From contig OY761158.1 in NCBI GenBank assembly GCA_963664405.1, positions 6,144,001-6,208,000 on the forward strand: DNA of 64,000 nt, given 5' to 3'. The translations under genes were made by a program, and so were the position numbers. This document shows positions 50,412 to 59,314 of this stretch, piece after piece (within the stretch, counting starts at the first letter, position 1; every line of letters starts with the position of its first letter). The stretch comes from Thermoanaerobaculia bacterium. GTDB taxonomy: Bacteria; Acidobacteriota; Thermoanaerobaculia; Multivoradales; Multivoraceae. Under the pieces are notes generated by a model that had not been told where the DNA came from, did no database searches, and was given only the letters and a program-made list of their open reading frames with translations.

Positions 50412-51242
50412 ATGAAAGCCCGTCTAGTCGGTCTCGCAGTCGCGCTCCTGCCAGCTTTGGCTCCGTCGATCGCGCAGGGCCAGCTCTACAACACCGCCAA
50501 GCAAAAGCTCATGGACGGCAAGCAGGTCATCGGTGGCACGATCTCCTCGCCCGACCCGGCTGTCTACTGCGCGATGGCCAACGCCGGATTCGATTATCTG
50601 TGGATCGAGATGCAGCACAGTCCGCTGACCTATCAGGAGGTCGCGCTGATGATTCGGGCGTGCCCCGGCGCCGCCGCGGTCCCGTTTATCCGGGTGCCCG
50701 ACGCCACCGAAGGCGACATCCAGAAGGCGACCGACATCGGTGCGCTCGGCATTATCGTGCCGATGGTCGCGTCGGTGGAGAAGATCGAGAATGCCGTCCG
50801 CTTTGCTAGCTACCCGCCCCGAGGCGTGCGCAGCCAGGGCGGGGGTCAGTACGGTGCTCTGTGGGGCAGTACCTACCGCAAGACGGCCAACGACAACATC
50901 ATGATCATCGCGATGATCGAGTCGCCGGCCGGAGTCGAGATCGCCGACGAGATAGCGGCGGTTCCCGGGGTCGATGTCGTATTCGCCGCGTCCTCCGACC
51001 TGCGCAGTTTCTCCGGCTATAGCCAAGGCGAGCCGGAGTATGAAGCCTTGATCACCGCAATCCACGACGAGACTCTGAAGGCGGGTCGCAAACTCGGCGG
51101 TCCGGTGGCATGGAGAAATCGCGAAGGATTCAGCTTCTTTCAGGCCCCGCCCGCGACCTCACTGATTCGCCAGGGGGCGAAGGCGCTGCTCACGACGACG
51201 GGTTCGGGAGTGGCTCCTATCGAGGGGTCAGAACGGAATTGA
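50412..51242 (+). CDS. HpcH/HpaI aldolase family protein with signal peptide
   Basis: GFDYLWIEMQHS, IRVP, DIGALGIIVPMV, YPPRGVRS, AMIES. Confidence 0.88.
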   Translation: MKARLVGLAVALLPALAPSIAQGQLYNTAKQKLMDGKQVIGGTISSPDPAVYCAMANAGFDYLWIEMQHSPLTYQEVALMIRACPGAAAVPFIRVPDATEGDIQKATDIGALGIIVPMVASVEKIENAVRFASYPPRGVRSQGGGQYGALWGSTYRKTANDNIMIIAMIESPAGVEIADEIAAVPGVDVVFAASSDLRSFSGYSQGEPEYEALITAIHDETLKAGRKLGGPVAWRNREGFSFFQAPPATSLIRQGAKALLTTTGSGVAPIEGSERN

Positions 51243-51254
51243 CCGAGAGGCAAG

Positions 51255-52010
51255 ATGTACAACACGGTCAAGCAAAAGCTGGCCGAGGGCAAGAAGGTCG
51301 TCGGCGGGACGATCTCCACGCCGGACCCGGAGATCTACCGCGCCATGGCGAACGCCGGCTTCGACTTTCTGTGGATCGAGATGCAGCACAGTCCGCTCAC
51401 CTATCAGGAGACTGCGAGGATGATCTGGGCCGGTCGCGATGCGCCCGCGGTTCCGTTCATTCGCGTGCCGGATGCGACCGAAGGCGACATCCAGAAGGCG
51501 ACCGACATCGGAGCCCTGGGGATCATCCTGCCGATGGTTACCTCCACGGAGAAGGTCACCAACGCGGTCAAGTTCGCCAGCTATCCGCCTCGGGGTGCCC
51601 GCAGCCTGGGCGGGGGGCAGTGCCATGCGCTCTATGGACGGGAGTATCGCCAGACGGCCAACGACAACATCATGATCGTGGCGATGATCGAGTCGCCGCC
51701 CGGAGTCGAGATCGCCGACCAGATCGCCGCGATACCCGAAGTCGATGTCGTCTTCGCCGCCGCGACCGACTTGAGTAGCTTTTCCGGCTACAGCCAGGGC
51801 GAGGCGGAGTACGAAGCGATGATTACGCGAATCCACGACGAAACGCTGGGTGCGGGTCGCGCCCCCGGGGGGCCCTATGCGTGGAAGGACCGCGAGGGAT
51901 TCAATTTCTTCCAGGCCCCGCCCGCGGAAGTACTGCTCCGTCAGGCCGCCAAGGCGCTCCTCGAGACGGCGACGTCGGGTGTTGCCGAAACCGAGGGGTC
52001 GGAACGCTAG
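51255..52010 (+). CDS. HpcH/HpaI aldolase paralogue without signal peptide
   Basis: Close tandem paralogue starting MYNTVKQKL after a GAGAGG RBS. Confidence 0.88.
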   Translation: MYNTVKQKLAEGKKVVGGTISTPDPEIYRAMANAGFDFLWIEMQHSPLTYQETARMIWAGRDAPAVPFIRVPDATEGDIQKATDIGALGIILPMVTSTEKVTNAVKFASYPPRGARSLGGGQCHALYGREYRQTANDNIMIVAMIESPPGVEIADQIAAIPEVDVVFAAATDLSSFSGYSQGEAEYEAMITRIHDETLGAGRAPGGPYAWKDREGFNFFQAPPAEVLLRQAAKALLETATSGVAETEGSER

Positions 52011-52014
52011 CCCC

Positions 52015-54813
52015 CTACTGCGAGGGGTAGCCGCCGACCCAGATCGGGCTCGACCAGGCGCTGGCGTCATTTAGCTGGCGCACATGGACGTAGTAGTAGT
52101 CGCCCTGTTTCGGGTCCTCGCTGTCGGTGTGGCTGAATTCGATGTCGCGAGGCCCGTCGGTGACGATGCGCCGCAGGGTGATGGCATCGTCCGGGTAATT
52201 CTCGATCGGCATCTTGCGCTCGAGCCGGCCACCGCTGAGGTCCGACAACCGTAGCTCGACCCGTCCTCCTTCGATGGTGGCAACCGGACGAAAGAAGGGT
52301 GGCGCCGACCCGGTCTCGGCGGCATCTTCCAGCGCGAGCACGAGGGTCGCGCCAGGCTGTACCTTCGACAGTGTGAGCCGTAGCGAGCTCGAGTCGCCCC
52401 GTGTATTAGTAGTGAAGCGAGCACCGTTCGCGTGCGGCTCCAGCGATTGGGTGGTTGCGTTGACGAAATCGGACGCTGAGATTGCATCGACGTTTGCTCC
52501 GGTCACCGTCAAGTCGCCGCGCCAGTGCCGCCAGCCTCGAGGTGCGTCTCCGGCATGCAAAGGAGTCTCTTCGGAGTAGAAAGAGAGCAGCAACTCCATC
52601 ACTCCGCCGCCCCGCCCCTCCGCCGAGGAATACTCTCGCTGCCAGATCGCGGTGTCGTTTTTCATCAGACGGATCGACGCGACAGGGGCAGTGCCGATGA
52701 CCCGTCCCCGAATCTCCCTGGTTTCGGCAAAGAGCGCTCGTTGGCCCATCGGAACATCGTTCACCTTCATGTCGAGGATGATCCGGTCACCGGTCGTCGC
52801 GTAGGTCTTTCGCTCCTTCATCGAGTCGAAGATCGCGTCCCGAGATCGCTCCGGCGCCATCACCGCGCCCAGGCCGCCGCGCTGGGCGAGCGAGTTCCGA
52901 GTGGGCGCTGAATAGCCTGGGTGCGAGAGATGGTCGTCGGAGGCGGCGACCACTCCCACTTGATGGCCGTGGGATAGATACGCCTGCATGAACCACTCGA
53001 AAGAGCCGTGCATCGACATCATCTCGACCAGGGTCTCGAGCTTCACGTCCGACTGGCGGTAGTCGCCGGGGTTGTGCGCGTGGGGAATGACCAGCACATC
53101 CGCCGGGTCGTAACGCTCCTTCAGCTCCTTGTAGAGCTCCGACAAACCGGGGAATTCGAGCCCAGACACCCGCTCCTGGTTGCCGACGGTACGGAAGAGG
53201 ACGTTGTGATGGCCGCCGAAGCGAGCGTGACGGGTCCACTCCCACCCCAGATAAGGAATGAATCTCCCGGGGTCGTCGAATGCCGCGGAGGTCTTGCGCA
53301 TCAGTTCCCACTCGCCGTCGTCGAGCCAGCTGTCGTGCTCGGAATGGGTGACGAAGTCGAGGCGGGCGTCATCCCGAGCGAAGGTCAGATAGAAGTCGAT
53401 GGTGCCGATGCCTTCCGCATAGCCGGAGTGGCCATGGGTGTCGCCCCAGTAGATGCCGTAGTCAGGGTCGTCGAGAGCCAGAATCGGGTTGGCCTCGCCG
53501 GTGATCGCTCCGTCCGCCGAGCGCAGCGTGATCCAGTGAGCCCCAGCGCACTCCAGTGACATGTCGACCACCGTGATCGCGTCGTCGCCGGCGGCGGTGG
53601 AGGAGTGGGGCTCGCCGTCGACCAGGATGTCGAAAGCCGGAATGTCGCCGGTGGCGCGATTGTAGAAGGCGTCTTCGGCGCGTACCGAGAGCTCGAAGGC
53701 TTCGCCCGTTTTGACGATGCTCGGGGCGAAACCATGGACTCCCGCGACTTCGTTGCCGATGACGACAAAGGGCTGGATCGGTAGCGGCCGCCATTCCCCG
53801 GAACCGTCGAGATCGACGTAGAGGGGAAGCGGCATGCGGACACCGGTCATGCTAGGCATCAGAACGCCCTGGCCTCCGCCACTGGTATCGCCATAGGTGA
53901 TGGTGACGGTTTCGCCTGGATCGATCTGGCCCTCAGCAAGGCGAAACGCGACCGCCGGCTCAGGTGCCCGGAATCCGCCGTGGGGGCCCGAAGCCATATA
54001 CACCTCGACCTCGAAGGCGGCATCCCCGTCGCTGCTCTCGATCGAGATATAGCCTTCGGCGGCCGGGTCGTCGGCTTGAAAAGGGCCGAAGTTGGGGTTG
54101 AAGTGTCGCGCCACCCAGAAGCCGCCTCCGGTCTCGACCGGATGGGTGCCGGCGGTCCAGGTCTGCCTGAGGGTGGCGTAGGTACGCGCTTCGAAGGGTC
54201 CAAGGGACTCGGCAACGAGCTCGCCAAGAGCCCCTTCTTCTTCGCGGAGGATGAACTCGCGCACCAACCGGTCGACTCTCGCCGCTGACACGATCGCCGC
54301 TTGGCCGGTCGGGGGGAGGGTGGCGACGATGCGGACTGCGGGGCCCTCGAGCCCGACATCACCGCCGGCCAGCGCGTAGGCGTCGGCCCAATCGGCAAGG
54401 ACCCTGGCACGCTCCGCCACGTTGGTTTCATCCGACGGTGCGGCGGCAACGGCGGATTTGAGCTGGTCGACTTTGGCGCGGAGCTCGGCGTCGAGGTAAT
54501 CCCCGGCTCCGTCGCCGGGTCCGGGCGCGCAGGCGGCGGTGAGTAGCAAAACGAAGCAGGCGATTGCTAGACCAGCGTTTCCAAAGTTCGTGTCGCATAG
54601 CTCGAGGTCATTCTGTTCGCTGGCCAGGCGCGCCGACGCAGGCATATTGGGCAATATATCGAGGAGCGCGGGGCTCCCAGCCAACGCCGCCAGCGGGCAG
54701 AAGGGGCCGAGATATGTGCGCGAACTTTGGAAACGCTGGTCTAGGGTGTCGCGTTGCCGAGGGCTAGAGGTCAGACTCGAGTTTTCGACCCATCTTGGCT
54801 TGCGTTCACACAT
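52015..54813 (-). CDS. Long DUF3604-like PHP metallohydrolase lipoprotein with an in-frame MITE in its signal region
   Basis: YWGDTHGHS, SEHD, GWEWT, GGHHNV, IPHAH, ASDDH, TYATTG.R, YYYV.V.Q..AWSSPIWV; lipobox LTAAC; ATG 54813 after GGAG. Confidence 0.85.
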   Translation of the reverse strand: MCERKPRWVENSSLTSSPRQRDTLDQRFQSSRTYLGPFCPLAALAGSPALLDILPNMPASARLASEQNDLELCDTNFGNAGLAIACFVLLLTAACAPGPGDGAGDYLDAELRAKVDQLKSAVAAAPSDETNVAERARVLADWADAYALAGGDVGLEGPAVRIVATLPPTGQAAIVSAARVDRLVREFILREEEGALGELVAESLGPFEARTYATLRQTWTAGTHPVETGGGFWVARHFNPNFGPFQADDPAAEGYISIESSDGDAAFEVEVYMASGPHGGFRAPEPAVAFRLAEGQIDPGETVTITYGDTSGGGQGVLMPSMTGVRMPLPLYVDLDGSGEWRPLPIQPFVVIGNEVAGVHGFAPSIVKTGEAFELSVRAEDAFYNRATGDIPAFDILVDGEPHSSTAAGDDAITVVDMSLECAGAHWITLRSADGAITGEANPILALDDPDYGIYWGDTHGHSGYAEGIGTIDFYLTFARDDARLDFVTHSEHDSWLDDGEWELMRKTSAAFDDPGRFIPYLGWEWTRHARFGGHHNVLFRTVGNQERVSGLEFPGLSELYKELKERYDPADVLVIPHAHNPGDYRQSDVKLETLVEMMSMHGSFEWFMQAYLSHGHQVGVVAASDDHLSHPGYSAPTRNSLAQRGGLGAVMAPERSRDAIFDSMKERKTYATTGDRIILDMKVNDVPMGQRALFAETREIRGRVIGTAPVASIRLMKNDTAIWQREYSSAEGRGGGVMELLLSFYSEETPLHAGDAPRGWRHWRGDLTVTGANVDAISASDFVNATTQSLEPHANGARFTTNTRGDSSSLRLTLSKVQPGATLVLALEDAAETGSAPPFFRPVATIEGGRVELRLSDLSGGRLERKMPIENYPDDAITLRRIVTDGPRDIEFSHTDSEDPKQGDYYYVHVRQLNDASAWSSPIWVGGYPSQ
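54571..54740. mobile_element. 170-bp MITE
   Basis: Perfect 20-bp inverted repeats ACCAGCGTTTCCAAAGTTCG; CTAG on both sides (54567-54570, 54741-54744). Confidence 0.9.
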
Positions 54814-54901
54814 CCTGATCTCCGTGCTTGTTGGGCGGCCTTCCGCGGCGGGTGCCAGAGCATACGCTAAGCTCGTTCCAACCCAGGAGATCGGCAGCGC
54901 G

Positions 54902-56459
54902 ATGTATCCAGGCACGCATGCACAGAGCTTCCCCGACAAGCCGGCAGTCATCATGGCCGGGTCCGGGCGCGCCGTTACCTATGGCGAGTTGGACGAGCGC
55001 TCGAACCGGCTGGCGCAGCTCTGGTGGGACCAGGGGCTACGGCCTGGAGATCACGTCGCCATCTTGATGGAGAACAACCCGCGCTACTACGACGTCTACT
55101 GGGCGGCGATGCTCCGGGCTCTACCTGACGACGATCAATCGCTACCTGACCGCCGAGGAGGCGGCCTACATCGTCGGCGACTGCGGTGCGCAGTCGATCG
55201 TCGCTTCCGCCGCGCTGCGCGAGGTCTGCGAGGAGCTCGCCGACCGTATTCCCTCCTGCCCGCGGCGGCTCATGGTCGACGGTGTTGCCGACGGCTGGGA
55301 CGCCTACGAAGACGCGACCGCCGCCTATCCGGCGCAAAAGCTGGCCGAGGAGCCGCGCGGCATGACCATGCTCTACAGCTCCGGAACGACCGGCCGTCCC
55401 AAGGGCATCAAACGCCCGCTCTCCGGTCTCATGGCCTACGATGCCGATGAGCGCGCCGACCTCTTTCTGCGCGGCCTCTTCGGGATCACCGAGGCGTCCA
55501 CCTACCTCTCCCCGGCGCCCCTCTACCACGCCGCTCCGCTGGGCTTCACCGCCGGCACGCAGCGCCAGGGTGGCACTGTCGTCGTCATGGAGCGCTTCGA
55601 CGAGGAGCTGGCGCTGCGTTATATCGAGCAGTACGAGATTACGGTGAGCCAGTGGGTGCCGACGATGTTCGTGCGTATGCTCAAGCTCGAAGAGGAAGCT
55701 CGCCACCGGCACGATCTCTCCAGTCACCAGAGGGCGATTCACGCCGCCGCTCCCTGCCCTGTCGAGGTGAAGCGACGGATGATCGAGTGGTGGGGACCGA
55801 TCCTGCTCGAGTACTACGCCGGCACCGAGGGCAACGGCACCTGTTTCATCGACTCGCAGACTTGGCTGGAGAGGCCGGGGTCGGTCGGCCAGGCGGCCAA
55901 CGCAACACTTCATATCTGTGACGACGAAGGCGACGAGGTCGCGGCCGGCACGGAGGGCGTCATCTACTTCGAACAGGATCCCGACATCCCACTCTTCGAA
56001 TACCACAACGACGAAGAGGGGACCGTCGGCTCGCGTAACCCCAGAAACGAACGTTGGACCACCCTCGGCGACGTCGGCTACGTCGACGAAGACGGCTTCC
56101 TCTTTCTCACCGACCGCAAGGCGTTCATGATCATCTCGGGCGGTGTCAACATCTACCCGCAGGAGATCGAGAACGCCTTGATCATGCACCCCAAAGTCGC
56201 CGACGTGGCGGTGATCGGCGTGCCCAGTGAAGAGATGGGCGAAGAGGTCAAGGCGGTGGTGCAGCTCCGAGAGCCCCTGTCGGCCGGCGAAGAGGTCGCC
56301 CAGGAGCTGATCGCCTACTCGCGTGAGCACGTCGCGGCCTACAAGGTGCCGCGCTCAGTGGACTTCGAAGAGGAGCTGCCTCGCCTGCCCACGGGCAAGC
56401 TCTACAAGCGCCTTCTACGCGACCGCTACTGGGGCAACCACGGCTCCCGCATCGTCTGA
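54902..56459 (+). pseudogene. Acyl-CoA synthetase with a frameshift near 55110 (real or sequencing error)
   Basis: MYPGTHA..PDKPA..WAAM, then shifts to SGLYLT..; YSSGTTGRPKG, YAGTE, GDVG, RLPTGKL; restored by 2 bp (ATG C[GC] TCC). Confidence 0.85.
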
Positions 56460-56577
56460 CGCTGCGCTGTCGAGAGCCTGAGTGACGATCGCCGAAGAGC
56501 CCTTCTCCCCTCGTCTGGCAGCGATTTCGAGCAGACGTGCACGGTGCTCGGTCTTTGATCTCGATTGCGGTCCTCAT
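56460..56577 (-). pseudogene. Remnant of a ribbon-helix-helix antitoxin
   Basis: MRTAIEIKD, +1 shift, EHRARLLEIAARRGEKGSSAIV..AL; truncated against the acyl-CoA synthetase end. Confidence 0.55.
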
Positions 56578-56814
56578 TGAGTAAGTCAAACAGACATGCA
56601 GATGCATGTGAGCGCCGAGAGCATCGTAAGGAAGAGATGGCGCAGCTGACTCGGCAAAGCGGGAGCTCCATCGCCGAGACCGCCGGCGAATCTGACGACG
56701 ATCTCGAAGGAAAGACCTGACTCTCCGCGATCGTTCTCTCAACAGAGATGCAAACTACGACGAAAGCCGCAGACCCTCTTTGCAAGCTATAACGCGGCAC
56801 GTTATAGTCTCTAA

Positions 56815-57096
56815 GTGATCCGCTCCTTTCGCTCTCGAGAGACCGAGAAGATCTGGGAGGGGGAAGGGTCGCGGCGACTACCCAAGGAAATCCAACCGAC
56901 CGCGCGTCGGAAGCTGAGAATGCTCCACAACGCTCAAAGTCTTCGTGATCTCCGAGTGCCCCCAGCAAACCGCCTGGAACGCCTCAAGGGCGATCGGGCA
57001 GGAGAGTACAGCATCCGCATCAACCAGCGTTGGCGCGTTTGCTTCGAGTGGAAGCAGGGGGACGTATTCGCCGTCGAGATCGTCGACTACCACTGA
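56815..57096 (+). CDS. higB: HigB (RelE-family) toxin
   Basis: MIRSF..ETEKIW, RKL.ML, PPANRLE.LKGDR.G.YSIRINQRWRVCF.W, VEIVDYH. Confidence 0.93.
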   Translation: MIRSFRSRETEKIWEGEGSRRLPKEIQPTARRKLRMLHNAQSLRDLRVPPANRLERLKGDRAGEYSIRINQRWRVCFEWKQGDVFAVEIVDYH

Positions 57097-57106
57097 GGTT
57101 TCAGCC

Positions 57107-57412
57107 ATGACCGAAAGATTGCCCAACATCCATCCTGGTGAAGTGCTCTTGGAGGAGTTCCTCGAGCCGTTCGGGCTGAGTCAGAACCAGCTTGCGCGGG
57201 AGATCGGTGTTCCGCCGCGGAGAGTCAACGAAATCGTTTTGGGTAAGCGTTCCGTTACCCCCGATACAGCGATGCGCCTGGCCCGTTACTTCGGCAGTTC
57301 GGAACGCTTCTGGCTTGGTCTGCAAACAGACTATGACCTGGAACAAGCGCATCGCGCCTTCGGTGAGACGGTCGAGCGTCAGGTGCAGCCGCGCGCCTCG
57401 GCTCACGCTTAG
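57107..57412 (+). CDS. higA: HigA antitoxin
   Basis: IHPGEVLLEEFL, SQNQLA..IGVPPRRVNEIV.GKR.VT.DTA.RLARYFG.S..FWLGLQ. Confidence 0.93.
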   Translation: MTERLPNIHPGEVLLEEFLEPFGLSQNQLAREIGVPPRRVNEIVLGKRSVTPDTAMRLARYFGSSERFWLGLQTDYDLEQAHRAFGETVERQVQPRASAHA

Positions 57413-57555
57413 GGAGAGAACACTAGAGCGCCCCCGGGTAGCGCTCCCTTCCCCTTCAAACGGCCTGAATATTCAACATTTGAAGCTCAATGCATTATTT
57501 TGAGTTTTGGTCACGACTACTAGCACAACATATGGTATATTCAATCTTCCTCTAG

Positions 57556-59112
57556 GAGTCTGCGCAGCAGGAGTGCGGGCACGATGAAGCTTCCACCGCG
57601 CTGACGAATGAATGCCGCATTGGGGTTTCGGATGGCGGAGAGTGCGTGGAGCAAGCCTGACGAGGCGTCAGGAAGTGCGATGTGGGTCGTATAGGGAGCT
57701 CTAACTCGGTTGCGTCGGCCCAGCAGCGGCTCATGAAGCCGCTTGGAGGACGTGGAAGCGCTTCAGGTTGACGGCCAGACACACCAGGTCCCACTCATAG
57801 CCGACGTTGTCTTGGCCCCGGAGGCTGAATCTTCGGAAGCCCAGCACCTCTTTGATCCACCCGATCACCGGTTCCACGACCGCCTTGCGCCGTCGGTAGC
57901 GTTGCCGGCCGGCCTCGCTGGCGAGTTTGTTCTGCATGCGGCGAGACGCTGCGAGCTGCCTACTCACCGCACACTTCTTTCCCTCTCGACCCAAGGAGAT
58001 GTAAGCGTCAATGCCTCGCTTCTCGAGCTCGAGCAAGATCGCCTCGCTGCGATACCCCGCGTCCGCCAAGACCTGGTCGGGATCCCCCCCCATCGCCGCC
58101 TTCGCCCGTGACAGCAACGGCATCATCTCGCCCACGTCCGCGGCGTTGTTCGTCAGGCTCGTCGAGACGATCATCTGCGACTCTTCCTCCACCGCCAACT
58201 GGCCGTTGTAGCACTGATCGTAGCCATGGGCCGTTTTCATGATCCGACTCTGCGGATCGGTGAAGTTGTCTTGGGCCCGGTCCTCCGGAACACCAAAATC
58301 GCGCGCGAAGGGCCGCCCGCGACGAGGCGGATCGTCGTCGTCATCCTCCTTACGGCCGCGCTCGCGGTCCTTCTCGGCCTGGCGCGCCTCCAGCCTCTCC
58401 TTCGCCTGCTGGATCTTCGCCAAGCGCTGCTCGCGACGCTGCAGCTCGGCCGGCAGCTCATCGCCGCGCACCTGTGCACCATGCTCCGCATCCTCGGACA
58501 TATCCACCGCCTCGGCCTGCGCCACGAGCTGTGCGATCTCCTCCTCCAGACGCTTCTCCTCCTCCAGCATCCGACCGTAACTCATCGACTTGCGCTTGCT
58601 CGCTGAGGCCTTGACCTTCGTACCGTCCACCACCAACGTCCCCATACGCAGCACCCCTGCCTCACGGGCGATCTGCACCACCTGCACGAACAGCGCCCGG
58701 AACGCCGCTAAATGAAACTGACGAAACTCACATATCGTGCGATGCGCCGGTGAGTTGCCCGCCGCCAGAAAACGATACGCCACGTCCTCCTCGAGCTTCC
58801 GGGCGATGCCACGCGACGAATACGTCCCCGTCGCATAGGCATACAACAAAATCTTCACCATCATCCGAGGATCGAAAGGCTGATTCCGACGACCATCCCC
58901 CTCGTAGCGGGCATAAAACGACGACAGATCCAGCGCCTCAACCGTCTCGGACAGGAAGTACACCAAGTGACCTTCCGGCAACCACTCACGAGGGCTCGGA
59001 GAGAGCAGATACAGCTGATCCGGTGCATACGGACGAAATGACGTCGGCATGATCCAACTCTACGACGTCTTCGATCTTTTCACTAAACACCCCGTTTCTG
59101 CCGCGCAGACTC
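57556..59112 (-). mobile_element. IS1182-family insertion sequence (1,557 bp)
   Basis: Inverted repeats GAGTCTGCGC(A/G)GCAG; CTAG at 57552-57555 and 59113-59116; single transposase. Confidence 0.92.
57731..59050 (-). CDS. IS1182-family DDE transposase
   Basis: WLPEGHL, DPRMMVKILLYAY, SSRGIAR, VDGTKVKASAS, NFTDPQSRIMK, LADAGY, RKAVVEPVIG.IK..LGFRRFSLRG. Confidence 0.93.
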   Translation of the reverse strand: MPTSFRPYAPDQLYLLSPSPREWLPEGHLVYFLSETVEALDLSSFYARYEGDGRRNQPFDPRMMVKILLYAYATGTYSSRGIARKLEEDVAYRFLAAGNSPAHRTICEFRQFHLAAFRALFVQVVQIAREAGVLRMGTLVVDGTKVKASASKRKSMSYGRMLEEEKRLEEEIAQLVAQAEAVDMSEDAEHGAQVRGDELPAELQRREQRLAKIQQAKERLEARQAEKDRERGRKEDDDDDPPRRGRPFARDFGVPEDRAQDNFTDPQSRIMKTAHGYDQCYNGQLAVEEESQMIVSTSLTNNAADVGEMMPLLSRAKAAMGGDPDQVLADAGYRSEAILLELEKRGIDAYISLGREGKKCAVSRQLAASRRMQNKLASEAGRQRYRRRKAVVEPVIGWIKEVLGFRRFSLRGQDNVGYEWDLVCLAVNLKRFHVLQAAS

Positions 59113-59314
59113 CTAGCCCCCCCCCTGTATACAACATATGGGATGGCATCGTCTTTGCGTTATGTTTTAAGGCGTTTGTTTGAAACCGGCCCCGAACGCT
59201 GGATAGTAGAACCGCTCTTCCCACATAAATTAGGAGTTTCATCTGCCGCCGGCCCCCTGAGGCTCTGCCCAACGCCCGGTGGACACGTCAAGTCGAGACT
59301 TTGGAGGATCCGTC

